From Chloroflexota bacterium (GTDB taxonomy: Bacteria; Chloroflexota; UBA11872; VXNJ01), in NCBI GenBank assembly GCA_026707405.1, contig JAPOWW010000012.1:43509-107508 (forward strand): 64,000 bases of DNA. The letters run 5' to 3'. Position numbers and translations under genes: made by a program. Positions 56,265-64,000 of the stretch are shown here, piece by piece. Every line of letters starts with the position of its first letter. The stretch's first letter is position 1. The notes below the pieces were generated by a model. That model did not search any database. It saw nothing but the letters and a program-made list of their open reading frames with translations, and was not told where the DNA came from.

Positions 56265-57473
56265 GTGGTTACCAGTTCGGTCGCATCGGGCAAGCTGGCG
56301 GTTGAGGGCGGAACACCTGTGCGGGGGCCCGACAATCCATTCACCAGGAATTCCCCGCGCGAAATGGGCCCCAAGGCCCTCGACCTCGTAAAGAAGGTGC
56401 TCGACAGCGGTTGGACCTACAGCATGGTCGCCGATTTCGAGAAGGTCTTCGCCGAGGCCTGCGAGACCGATTGCGCCGTGGGCGTCTCCAACTGCACCGC
56501 GGCCAACCACGCTGTGCTTGGCGCGCTCGGAGTCGGGCCGGGCGACGAGGTGGTCGTCAGCGCAATTTCCGACTACGGGTCGATTGCCGGAATCGGCTAC
56601 CAAGGCGCCAAGATCGCGTTTTCCGACGTCGACGAGCATACCGGCAAAACCACGGCTGAAGAGATGGAGAAGGTCATTACGCCTCGCACCAAGGCCATCA
56701 TCGCCGTGCACTTCTACGGTCAGATGTGCGAGATGGACCCCATCGTCGAGCTTGGCCGCAAACACGGCGTGCCCGTCATCGAAGACGTGGCCCAGACGAC
56801 GCTCGGCCACTACAAGGGCAAGACGGCTGGAAGCATCGGCGACATCGGCACCTTCTCGTTCAACTCAAGCAAGCTGCTCTCCACCAACACCGGCGGAGCG
56901 GTCACGACCGACAACCAAGAGCTGGCCGAGGCCGTGCGGCGGTTTGCCGTCGACCGCGGCGCGATCTATCTCGTCAACCAGATAGGCGCGGCCCGCTATC
57001 ACCCCGGCCCCGGCTACAACTACCGCATGGGAGAGCTGGAAGCGGCGGTCGCCATCGCCAATCTCGAAACTCTGCCTGCGCAGAACGAGCGGCGTATCGA
57101 GCGCGGCGAGAAGCTGTCGGCGGAGCTCGCCAAGATCGACGGGCTGACGCCTCCGCGGGTCACCGAGCCGGGCTCACACCTCTACTGGATGTACCACGTT
57201 CAGTTCGACCGCGAGAAGTTCCGGGTAGGCATGGACGAGATAGAGCTGGCGATCAAGGCGGAGGGGTTGGACGGGATGTTCCCGATGTACTACCTCATCC
57301 CGCACAGTCACCATTTCCTCGAAAACCGCGAGCAGGACCTCGCCCGGCTGGTCAACGCGCGCTCGCACGTGGAAACCACGTTCCGATTTAGCTGGACCTA
57401 CAGAATGACCGACTCCGATATCACCGATATCGCCGAGGTGTTCGCCAAGGTAACCGACGCCTACCGAGCATAG
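56265..57473 (+). CDS. DegT/DnrJ/EryC1/StrS-family PLP aminotransferase (paralogue 3)
   Basis: GTG 56265 lies 5 nt after GGAGGA. LAVEGGTPVR opening and SFNSSKLLSTNTGGA. Long stretches are shared with paralogue 1 (KVITPRTKAIIAVH, DPIVEL, GVGPGDEV). Confidence 0.85.
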   Translation: MVTSSVASGKLAVEGGTPVRGPDNPFTRNSPREMGPKALDLVKKVLDSGWTYSMVADFEKVFAEACETDCAVGVSNCTAANHAVLGALGVGPGDEVVVSAISDYGSIAGIGYQGAKIAFSDVDEHTGKTTAEEMEKVITPRTKAIIAVHFYGQMCEMDPIVELGRKHGVPVIEDVAQTTLGHYKGKTAGSIGDIGTFSFNSSKLLSTNTGGAVTTDNQELAEAVRRFAVDRGAIYLVNQIGAARYHPGPGYNYRMGELEAAVAIANLETLPAQNERRIERGEKLSAELAKIDGLTPPRVTEPGSHLYWMYHVQFDREKFRVGMDEIELAIKAEGLDGMFPMYYLIPHSHHFLENREQDLARLVNARSHVETTFRFSWTYRMTDSDITDIAEVFAKVTDAYRA

Positions 57474-57482
57474 GAGTCTCGC

Positions 57483-57842
57483 CTAGCGGCGTTTGCGCTT
57501 GGGAGGCAGGCTCTCGGCGAACTCCAGCCCGCGTTCGATCCACGATCGGAGGCCGGCGGCGTCTGACACGCTCGCGGCGTCGAGCAGCACGTACTCCTTC
57601 ATCGGTCTGCCGGGCATCGGTTCAAATGGATCGGCCCCGCCGCTGTCGACAAGCTCGCTTACGGCGTCCTTGCCGACCCGCACGTTCACGCGGTCGCCCC
57701 AGACTCCCGCGAACATCTGCGCGTTGGAGTCCGCGAACCACGCGGCGGTGCCGAACATCAGCCTTTTCCTGGCGGGCAGCGCGGCTAGCAGACCTTCCAT
57801 TCGCTGGAGCAAGTCGGGGTCGGGCTTTGGCATTGAAGGCAT
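57483..57842 (-). CDS. TfoX N-terminal-domain protein
   Basis: Pattern RKRLMFGTAAWFADSNAQMFAGVWGDRVNVRVGKD. I place the start at ATG 57842 (GGGAG 6 nt upstream) rather than the track start at 57950. Confidence 0.68.
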   Translation of the reverse strand: MPSMPKPDPDLLQRMEGLLAALPARKRLMFGTAAWFADSNAQMFAGVWGDRVNVRVGKDAVSELVDSGGADPFEPMPGRPMKEYVLLDAASVSDAAGLRSWIERGLEFAESLPPKRKRR

Positions 57843-58021
57843 CGTCAACTCCCTGCATGGATATCGTGTGAGGCCCATCTCGAATGGTGGGTCGGCTCTA
57901 GTGCCTTCCGCGATTATCACCCACTCGGACGCGGACGCCCCGCTTCTCAAGAAACTCGCGCCGTTTGATGCTATGTTGGAGAGGATTCAGCGGGAAGCCG
58001 TTTCAGGGGTGGCGTGACGAC

Positions 58022-58858
58022 ATGACGAAGGCAGCCAGCATTTCCGATATCAAGACCGACGCGCACCGTGTGTACCAGGAAGACGGATTCTTCCTGTGCG
58101 ACTGGCCGGTGGTGTCGGCTGACGTGATCGCCAACGCGGTGCACGGCATGGATGAGGTCCGCGCCGGCCGTTACGAGACCGGCGTGCCGCTTCACACGTC
58201 GAAGTGGAACCCGGGCGACGATCCCAATCTGCTCTGCAAGATGGAGATGACCCAGCGGCAGAATCTTGCGATCAGGGAGTTGGTAAGCCAAAGCTCGATT
58301 GGAGAATGGGCGGCGGCGGTGACCGGCGCGAGCATCGTTCAGGTGTGGTGGGTGCAGCTTCTCTACAAACCGCCCTCCGCCAAGCCGACCGACGGGATAA
58401 CCAATGTCGGCTGGCACCAGGACCGCCAGTACTGGGGAGCCTGGGAAGACGACAGCGAACTGCTGACCGCCTGGGTGGCGCTGAGCGACGTTACCGCCGA
58501 GGCCGGTCCGATGCGCTACGTTCGCGGCTCGCACCAGTGGGGAGAGCGGGACGAGGGCGACTTTCACGGCTCCGACCACGAGGCCCAGCGGGCAAGCTAC
58601 GAGCTTCCGAAAGGCGCGGAGTGGAACGAGGTCCAGGCGATTTTGCCGCCGGGTGGCATTGCGTTCCACACCAACTTCACCCTGCACGCCAGCGGTCCCA
58701 ACCTGACCGACAAACCACGCCGCAGCTTCGCCGTACACATGCGGACCGAGCGCTCCCGCCCGAAGCAAGGACGCCGCGAACGCCTGACGGCATTCATCGA
58801 TGACGAGGTGATTTGCCCGATCATCTATCGGGAAGAGGGCGCGATACTACCGCGATAA
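58022..58858 (+). CDS. Phytanoyl-CoA dioxygenase (PhyH)-family Fe(II)/2-oxoglutarate oxygenase
   Basis: HxD...H facial-triad context (GWHQDRQYW, AFHTNFTLHASGPN) and WVALSDVTAEAGPMRYVRGSH. Start is uncertain (58022 or 57965). Confidence 0.75.
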   Translation: MTKAASISDIKTDAHRVYQEDGFFLCDWPVVSADVIANAVHGMDEVRAGRYETGVPLHTSKWNPGDDPNLLCKMEMTQRQNLAIRELVSQSSIGEWAAAVTGASIVQVWWVQLLYKPPSAKPTDGITNVGWHQDRQYWGAWEDDSELLTAWVALSDVTAEAGPMRYVRGSHQWGERDEGDFHGSDHEAQRASYELPKGAEWNEVQAILPPGGIAFHTNFTLHASGPNLTDKPRRSFAVHMRTERSRPKQGRRERLTAFIDDEVICPIIYREEGAILPR

Positions 58859-58863
58859 ACAGC

Positions 58864-58970
58864 CTTCCGTTCGTCCTGAGCCTGTCGAAGGATCGGAAGG
58901 CGAACGCGTTATGGGACAACCCTCTCTCGCACATGGTTCGACAAAGCCTGTCCTGAGCGAAGTCCAAGGA
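58864..58970. repeat. Two tandem copies of the TCCTGAGC-N-GTC-N-AAGGA motif, the first inside a CCTTCCG/CGGAAGG hairpin
   Basis: TCCTGAGCCTGTCGAAGGA (58874-58892), flanked by the inverted repeat 58864-58870 / 58894-58900, and TCCTGAGCGAAGTCCAAGGA (58951-58970). A third copy lies at 17405-17423. Confidence 0.55.
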
Positions 58971-59027
58971 CTCACGTTACAGACCCTTTTTATAGATCGG
59001 GGCGGATGTCTCTCAAACTCGCCCGAG

Positions 59028-59864
59028 CTAGGTGGCCTCCGCCTCCCGTCGCGCACCATCCAGGGAGTGAAAGCAGCGCTCGGCCGTGTCCCACGGGTCA
59101 TAGCCCTCCAGCGTCGATAGCTGCATGCTGACCTCAACGTATACCGGGACCTTCAGTCCCCCCTCGGATACGGCCTTCATGTACTCGGTCAGGTCCATGT
59201 CGCCGTCGCCCGGCAGTTGATAGCGGACATTGCCGTTCTCAATGTAACCGTCCTTCACGTGGGTATGGGCGGCATAAGGAAGGCATACGTCGATGCTGTG
59301 CTGAAGGCCGATCCCCTGGCAAACGAAGTGGCTTATGTCGAAGTTGAGCTTCAGGTGATCGTGGCGGGTCTGCTCCATCAGCCACTCGGCCTTTTCGGGC
59401 GTATCGAACTCACTAATCGCGTGAGGCTCCGCCGCCAGGATTACGTCGTATTCCGCGGCGAGGTCGGCCACTTCCAGAAACCCGTCGCGGATCGCCCACT
59501 TTCCGTCCTCCCAGGGCGGTTCGGGATGACCGAGCGTGGTTGTAACAACGGCGGGTTGATCGCCGAAGTTGAGGTCGGCGGCCATCTGGAACGTCTGGCG
59601 GGCGCGATCGAGCATCGCCGTCCGATCATCCGCTTCAGCGCAGATAGGCAGATCATCCATCAGCGGCGGCGGTGGGAAACCCAACTCCTGAAACAATGCC
59701 ACCAGCCGCCGGCGCGAAGCCTCGCCGAACTGACCCGCCGACGTCGACCACTCGGCTCGCACGCAAATCTCCATGGCCGTGTAGCCGATTTCGCGAACCC
59801 TCGGCAAGGACTCGAAAACATCGAGGCCCTGCATCCCGTACGTGCTGTATCCAAGCGCAATCAT
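59028..59864 (-). CDS. Sugar phosphate isomerase/epimerase (xylose isomerase-like TIM barrel)
   Basis: 278 aa with family pattern (ILAAEPH, LKLNFDISHF, HTHVKDG). Confidence 0.8.
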   Translation of the reverse strand: MIALGYSTYGMQGLDVFESLPRVREIGYTAMEICVRAEWSTSAGQFGEASRRRLVALFQELGFPPPPLMDDLPICAEADDRTAMLDRARQTFQMAADLNFGDQPAVVTTTLGHPEPPWEDGKWAIRDGFLEVADLAAEYDVILAAEPHAISEFDTPEKAEWLMEQTRHDHLKLNFDISHFVCQGIGLQHSIDVCLPYAAHTHVKDGYIENGNVRYQLPGDGDMDLTEYMKAVSEGGLKVPVYVEVSMQLSTLEGYDPWDTAERCFHSLDGARREAEAT

Positions 59865-60010
59865 GGGTCAATTCTAGCCGTATCCCACCCTATGGGTGCG
59901 CTTCACCAACGTTGGGCAAGTCATGGAAGCCGCTATACGGATATGCTCAGCAGGGGCGACGGTCTCATATGACACCGAAGAGACGGTAACTGACTGGGGA
60001 GGGTTTTGAC

Positions 60011-61279
60011 GTGGCACTGCGAATGGCGCTCGCCGGCTGCGGCGGCATGGGGCTTCGACACGTTCACGGAATGGCGGAGACCGCGAATACGTTCGGGTCG
60101 CTGGAGCTGGTAGCGGTCTGTGACATTCACCACGCCGCCGCCGCTCACGTGGCCAGGGAGGCCAGGGAGCTGTTTGGCCGGGAGCCGGTTGTCTACACCG
60201 ACTTCCGCGAAATGCTCGACGACGCGGCCGGTATCGACACCTTGGATATCGTTACCGACACCCGAATGCACCACGAGTTTGCCGTCGGAGCGCTCGACGC
60301 GGGGATACACGTCTTCGTCGAGAAGCCCATGGGACTCACGATCAAGGCCTGCATGCTCATGGCGGAAGCCGCCGACCGCTCGGGCAACATGCTCGCGATT
60401 GCCGAGAACTACCGCCGCGATCCGATGAACCGGCTCGCTAGGGCGCTCATGGACGGGGGAGCAATCGGTACTCCCCACTTCATGGTCGACATGGGCCTCG
60501 GCGGCGGCGACGACCTGATGCACGACACCGGCTGGCGCGCGCACAGGCACCGCGCGGGCAGCGTGATTCTCGAACGCGGCGTTCACAACAGCGATCTCGT
60601 CTATTACTTCATGGGCGACGTGGAAACGGTCTACGCCGTGACGGATGTCTTTCAGCCGGTCAGACTCCGGGGTCTTCGACCCGACGGCATGAGGCGCTTC
60701 TACGATCACCGCGTCGAGGACGAGTTCGTCGGCATGGATACGGTCGTCACCGACGCCGAAGACACCGCGTTCGCCGTGCTGAGATTCGCCTCCGGCGCGT
60801 CGGGGCAGTTTTCGATGAGCATCGCATCTCGCGGCCATTCGATAGACACCTCCACCGTGCACGGCAGTGAGGGCGTCATAGCGCTCCCGCCCAGCCGCAC
60901 CGGCATAGGGCCGAAAGTAATGCTGCCGGGCCGCGAGCGCGCCATCGAGGGGGCCGACCTGCTTGACATGGCGCCCGATTGGGAGATGGACGACATCACC
61001 GCGCGGCTCTGGCCGGGGCCGCGGCGCATCGCCTCCTACGACATGGAGTTTCCCCAAATCGACCGCAAGACAATCGCGGTCGAGCTGCAAGACTTCCTGC
61101 AAGCCGTCGAGTCCGGCGGGACGCCCGAAGTCGGCCCCGAAATGGGGATGAAAGCCCTGGCGCTCTCCTACGCCATTCTGGAGTCGGGAATGCTGGGGGC
61201 GCCTGTGACCATCGCAGACCTGCTAGACGGGTCGGTAAGCGCCTACCAGGCCGAGAGCAACGCTGCCGTGGGGCTGTGA
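60011..61279 (+). CDS. Gfo/Idh/MocA-family oxidoreductase
   Basis: GTG start after GGGGAGGG. Rossmann-like LAGCGGMGLRHVHG and EKP motif HVFVEKPMG. 422 aa. Confidence 0.85.
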   Translation: MALRMALAGCGGMGLRHVHGMAETANTFGSLELVAVCDIHHAAAAHVAREARELFGREPVVYTDFREMLDDAAGIDTLDIVTDTRMHHEFAVGALDAGIHVFVEKPMGLTIKACMLMAEAADRSGNMLAIAENYRRDPMNRLARALMDGGAIGTPHFMVDMGLGGGDDLMHDTGWRAHRHRAGSVILERGVHNSDLVYYFMGDVETVYAVTDVFQPVRLRGLRPDGMRRFYDHRVEDEFVGMDTVVTDAEDTAFAVLRFASGASGQFSMSIASRGHSIDTSTVHGSEGVIALPPSRTGIGPKVMLPGRERAIEGADLLDMAPDWEMDDITARLWPGPRRIASYDMEFPQIDRKTIAVELQDFLQAVESGGTPEVGPEMGMKALALSYAILESGMLGAPVTIADLLDGSVSAYQAESNAAVGL

Positions 61280-61365
61280 GGAGCGACACGCCAGACATTA
61301 GGGGAACCTCAACCGGTAAAGGAGCCAGTGCTAGGTATCCGCCGCAGCCGGAAGGAGAATAGCGG

Positions 61366-61416
61366 ATGCCGAACACACGCTTGAAACTGTGTTACGCTGC
61401 CTTTAAGCCAAAGTGA
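61366..61416 (+). CDS. Candidate 16-codon upstream ORF (MPNTRLKLCYAAFKPK)
   Basis: ATG lies 5 nt after the GAAGGAG Shine-Dalgarno-like sequence (61351-61357). The TGA stop (61414-61416) is embedded in the GTGAGGAG that precedes the DUF1640-like reading frame. There is no homology evidence. Confidence 0.2.
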   Translation: MPNTRLKLCYAAFKPK

Positions 61417-61429
61417 GGAGTGCATCGCT

Positions 61430-61714
61430 ATAACTACTCGAGCTTTTGACACTCTGCATGCCGCCAAGACGCTCAGGGACGCGGGCGTTGAGCAAGCTCA
61501 CGCCGAGGCTATGGCAGCGACAATCGGTGAATCCGCCGATCGTGACCTCGCGACCAGGGCCGACTTGGAAAAACATCAGGCAACGACAGCGGCCGCTATA
61601 GCGAACCTAGAAGTCAGACTGCTGCGCCACACCTGGGGCCTGGGCGTGAGCCTCTTCCTGGCCAACCTTGCGATCGCCGGCCTGATCGTCGCTCTAATAA
61701 AGCTAATTCCCTAA
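61430..61714 (+). CDS. DUF1640-like coiled-coil protein with C-terminal TM anchor; start codon non-canonical or N-terminus truncated
   Basis: The frame is open from 61385. The conserved-looking N-terminus ITTRAFDTLHAAKTLRDAGVEQAHAEA lies upstream of the first ATG (61511). GAGGAG at 61415-61420 is followed only by in-frame ATC (61424) and ATA (61430). The C-terminal DLATRADLE...WGLGVSLFLANLAIAGLIVALIKLI is typical of the family. Confidence 0.55.
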   Translation: MTTRAFDTLHAAKTLRDAGVEQAHAEAMAATIGESADRDLATRADLEKHQATTAAAIANLEVRLLRHTWGLGVSLFLANLAIAGLIVALIKLIP

Positions 61715-61747
61715 GGGAATCCCGGATTCTGGCTTCCTCGCAGCCGC

Positions 61748-63013
61748 CTAAGCGTGGAAGTAGTCGCGCTGGAAGCCGTTGAGCACCTCGACGCCGTCTT
61801 CAGTCACGTGGCACAGGTCGGCTATGGGATTTACCAGGATATTAGTGCCGGGCACTCCCAGGCACGTGTGCAGCACGAAGACGTTCCCAGGCTCGAGGAC
61901 TCTGTCGCTGCCCTCCATCAGGAACGGTTCCTCGGAGTAGTCGAGCCCCTGGCCGTGGCCGATGCGCCCGCCCTGAATCTCGTATCCGAGCCGTTCGGCG
62001 GCCCGGTTGGACATGTCGAGCATCTCCGACACAACGAGTCCCGGCCGGATGGCCGCCAGAACCTCATCCTGGACCGCCATGTTCGCATCGCAGATCGCCC
62101 GCGCCGAGTTTCCGAATGTTGGACCTATGGTCCCGCTGCGGTCGGACTGAATCCAGTAGCCCTTGTAGACGACGTATGCGTTCACGTTGATGTAGTCGCC
62201 GGCGCGCAACGGCTGATCGAGAGGCTTGAGCGAAAGGTGGCCCCGATCCAGCTCGCCATTCGGCGCCCAGTGGATGCAGTGATAGACCAGATCGCCGCCG
62301 TCGGCGCGGGCCGACCGGTCCAACTCGGCCATTAGCTCGTACGCGAGCATTCCCTCTTCCAGAACTTCCATCATCGTCTCGTAGGCCCGGTCCGAGATCG
62401 CGGCCGACTTCCGAAGCAGGCTTACCTCGCCCGGGGTCTTGACCGAGCGAAGCTCGGCGACAACGTCGATGGTGTCGGCTATACCCTCGGGACTCGATGC
62501 TTCGATATCCCGGTACAGAGCCGCCGACATCGCCTCCATGCCCGAAATCGCGACCGGCCGACCCGCCGATCCGGTCGCCTTCAGAATCTCATAAGCCTCC
62601 TGGCCGAAAGTCTTGATCGACGATGCGCCCCCGCGCGAGGCGTCGTCGGTGTAAGCGGCTGAGATCGCCCTGGGGTCGGGCGACGCGACCATGCGGATGT
62701 CCTCCATCCACGAGACCGGCTCGATCTGGTCCAGCATGTAGTCCACGCCGGCGATCAGGAAGACCGCCTCGCCGTTCCTGGGAACGAGCACCATCGTGTC
62801 CGTATTCCTGTCCAGGCTGACCCAGTTGGTCAGATATCCCACGTGTCCGGTCTGGCTCCACTGGTGGACCGGCGGCTGGGAGTAGACCACCACGCCGGAC
62901 AGATCATTCTCGACGCAAAACTCCCGGACCCGCTCGATACGGTTGGAGAACTCCGATTTGGGAACCTCGTGCAGGGCCTTGTCCCACATAGGCATCACAG
63001 CCGCTATTGCCAT
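61748..63013 (-). CDS. M24-family peptidase/creatinase-like protein (creatinase-type N-domain plus pita-bread domain)
   Basis: 421 aa with GDYINVNAYVVYKGYWIQSDRS and IGHGQGL, as in Xaa-Pro peptidases. I did not verify metal-ligand completeness. Confidence 0.8.
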   Translation of the reverse strand: MAIAAVMPMWDKALHEVPKSEFSNRIERVREFCVENDLSGVVVYSQPPVHQWSQTGHVGYLTNWVSLDRNTDTMVLVPRNGEAVFLIAGVDYMLDQIEPVSWMEDIRMVASPDPRAISAAYTDDASRGGASSIKTFGQEAYEILKATGSAGRPVAISGMEAMSAALYRDIEASSPEGIADTIDVVAELRSVKTPGEVSLLRKSAAISDRAYETMMEVLEEGMLAYELMAELDRSARADGGDLVYHCIHWAPNGELDRGHLSLKPLDQPLRAGDYINVNAYVVYKGYWIQSDRSGTIGPTFGNSARAICDANMAVQDEVLAAIRPGLVVSEMLDMSNRAAERLGYEIQGGRIGHGQGLDYSEEPFLMEGSDRVLEPGNVFVLHTCLGVPGTNILVNPIADLCHVTEDGVEVLNGFQRDYFHA

Positions 63014-63169
63014 TCGCGTCCCCCTCTTCCCGCTTTAGGCCATGCAAGTCCAAGCAGCTAACTGAGAATAGAGCATATCGACAAGACGGACGTGCGATAG
63101 TCCGCCCTATGCCCGACGCCTCCATCGCACCAAGTGTTTCACAGTGACGTCACTCAAGCCCTCTAGACC

Positions 63170-63700
63170 CTAACCGGCGCCACGCCCCTCTTCCGCCGCA
63201 GCGGCTCGTGCGATCCGTCCCAGCACCCATTTGAACACAACCGGCAGCAACAACCGGAAGACGGGACGCAGCAGAGCCGGGATGTTGACGAACTGATAAC
63301 AGGAAATGCGCGTATCGCCACTAACGGCAGCATCGACAATGAACAATCCAAGCTGGTCACGGGGGATCCACATGTCCAGGGTTCGGTAACCCAGTATGCG
63401 AGGCGGCTCCCAGACCTCGACCCGCTCCCGCACGTCGAAATCCTTGAATACATTGAACTTGCGAATCGCTCCCGGCCCGATCGATACGACGGGATCACCC
63501 GACTCGCAGCAGTAAGCCGCTCGCCTCGCGAAGACTACCCACTTGGGAATCAGGTCGGGATCGACGATTGTCCGCCAGACGGATTCGGGCGCAGCGCGGC
63601 AGATTACCGAAACACTGGCAAGCAGGGGCGCGGAGGTGAAACTATCAACGTCGATGCCCGCTACCGTTCTCACCGATCGATAGTCCTCCAGGGCCGGCAT
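63170..63700 (-). CDS. Hypothetical protein, possibly SRPBCC/START-fold
   Basis: 176-aa ORF with coding-like composition. It has a weak pattern resemblance (W..IVDP..IP.W, ...E.W.PP....Y) to Polyketide_cyc2-type proteins. Confidence 0.45.
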   Translation of the reverse strand: MPALEDYRSVRTVAGIDVDSFTSAPLLASVSVICRAAPESVWRTIVDPDLIPKWVVFARRAAYCCESGDPVVSIGPGAIRKFNVFKDFDVRERVEVWEPPRILGYRTLDMWIPRDQLGLFIVDAAVSGDTRISCYQFVNIPALLRPVFRLLLPVVFKWVLGRIARAAAAEEGRGAG

Positions 63701-63721
63701 CGCGAGCGAAATCGGCAGTCT

Positions 63722-64000
63722 CTACCAGCCGATGGCGTAGCCTATGTTCCCCTTCGGCGTGACTCCGCCGGATATCAGGCCACGTTCCGGCTCGTAGCGA
63801 ATTCCCATCGACTTCCCGTTCTCCCAGCCCTCCAGCTCGTCCACCTCGTGGCCGCGGTCGCGTAATTCGGCGATCACGGAATCTGAAATCCGGTTCTCCA
63901 CCGCCACCCGCCCCGGATACGCCGCTCGCGGGTAGAACGAGCTTGGGAAATGCAGCGAGTGGACGCTAGGCGCGTCCAGCGCTTCCTGGAGATTCATCCC
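63722..64000 (-). CDS. Gamma-glutamyltransferase-family protein, C-terminal end (gene continues beyond the window)
   Basis: The translation ...LQEALDAPSVH...GGVTPKGNIGYAIGW matches the C-terminal small-subunit end of GGT-family proteins. The ORF is open to the window edge. Confidence 0.7.
   Translation of the reverse strand, partial: GMNLQEALDAPSVHSLHFPSSFYPRAAYPGRVAVENRISDSVIAELRDRGHEVDELEGWENGKSMGIRYEPERGLISGGVTPKGNIGYAIGW

Noticed and set aside
59933-61102. 389-aa minus-strand ORF opposite the Gfo/Idh/MocA gene at 60011-61279
   Set aside because: It is an antisense shadow ORF. The plus frame has the Rossmann and EKP motifs and a good SD.

Overview
G+C-rich (by eye about 60%, not computed), gene-dense bacterial chromosomal segment. 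I call about 56 protein-coding genes and one tRNA-Arg(CCG). I saw no rRNA, CRISPR array, transposase, integrase or prophage genes. The content is mainly housekeeping and accessory metabolism.

Main gene groups:
- Sugar/cyclitol oxidation: five Gfo/Idh/MocA oxidoreductases, two xylose-isomerase-like TIM-barrel proteins, and a CUT1 ABC importer with no ATPase gene.
- Other metabolism: an enolase-superfamily enzyme, an AroD fusion protein, two D-2-hydroxyacid dehydrogenases, and a ubiD-ubiA-ubiX quinone-biosynthesis cluster.
- Translation and DNA repair: thrS, an EndoIII-like glycosylase, an MrfA/MrfB-like helicase-exonuclease pair, and a 1415-aa Lhr-like helicase.
- Proteolysis and redox: a divergent FtsH-like protease, a SorA-like molybdoenzyme, and a xanthine-dehydrogenase-family large subunit.
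- Anion transport: ChrA, an SLC13/TrkA-C permease, and a solitary pstB.
- Amino-sugar type enzymes: three paralogous DegT-type aminotransferases with PhyH, TfoX-N and other small genes nearby.

The paralogue richness, the short ThrRS and the GC-rich hairpin repeats suggest a Chloroflexota-like (SAR202/Dehalococcoidia-type) organism. That is inference only.

I did not find a convincing, self-contained novel multi-gene system. The best second-look items are:
1. A CysO/MoaD-like beta-grasp protein that reads 16 residues past its Gly-Gly and is translationally coupled to a dehydrogenase.
2. The MrfAB-like pair, coupled by an ATGA overlap to an FAD oxidoreductase.
3. A DUF1640-like gene with no canonical start codon, directly behind a 16-codon uORF.
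4. An FtsH paralogue with a Met/Gly-rich insertion.
5. A lower-GC nuclease-like (PD-(D/E)xK + DUF4268) gene wedged between DegT paralogues.
6. Several dispersed hairpin-repeat families.

Many long antisense ORFs in the six-frame track are high-GC shadow ORFs and were rejected.
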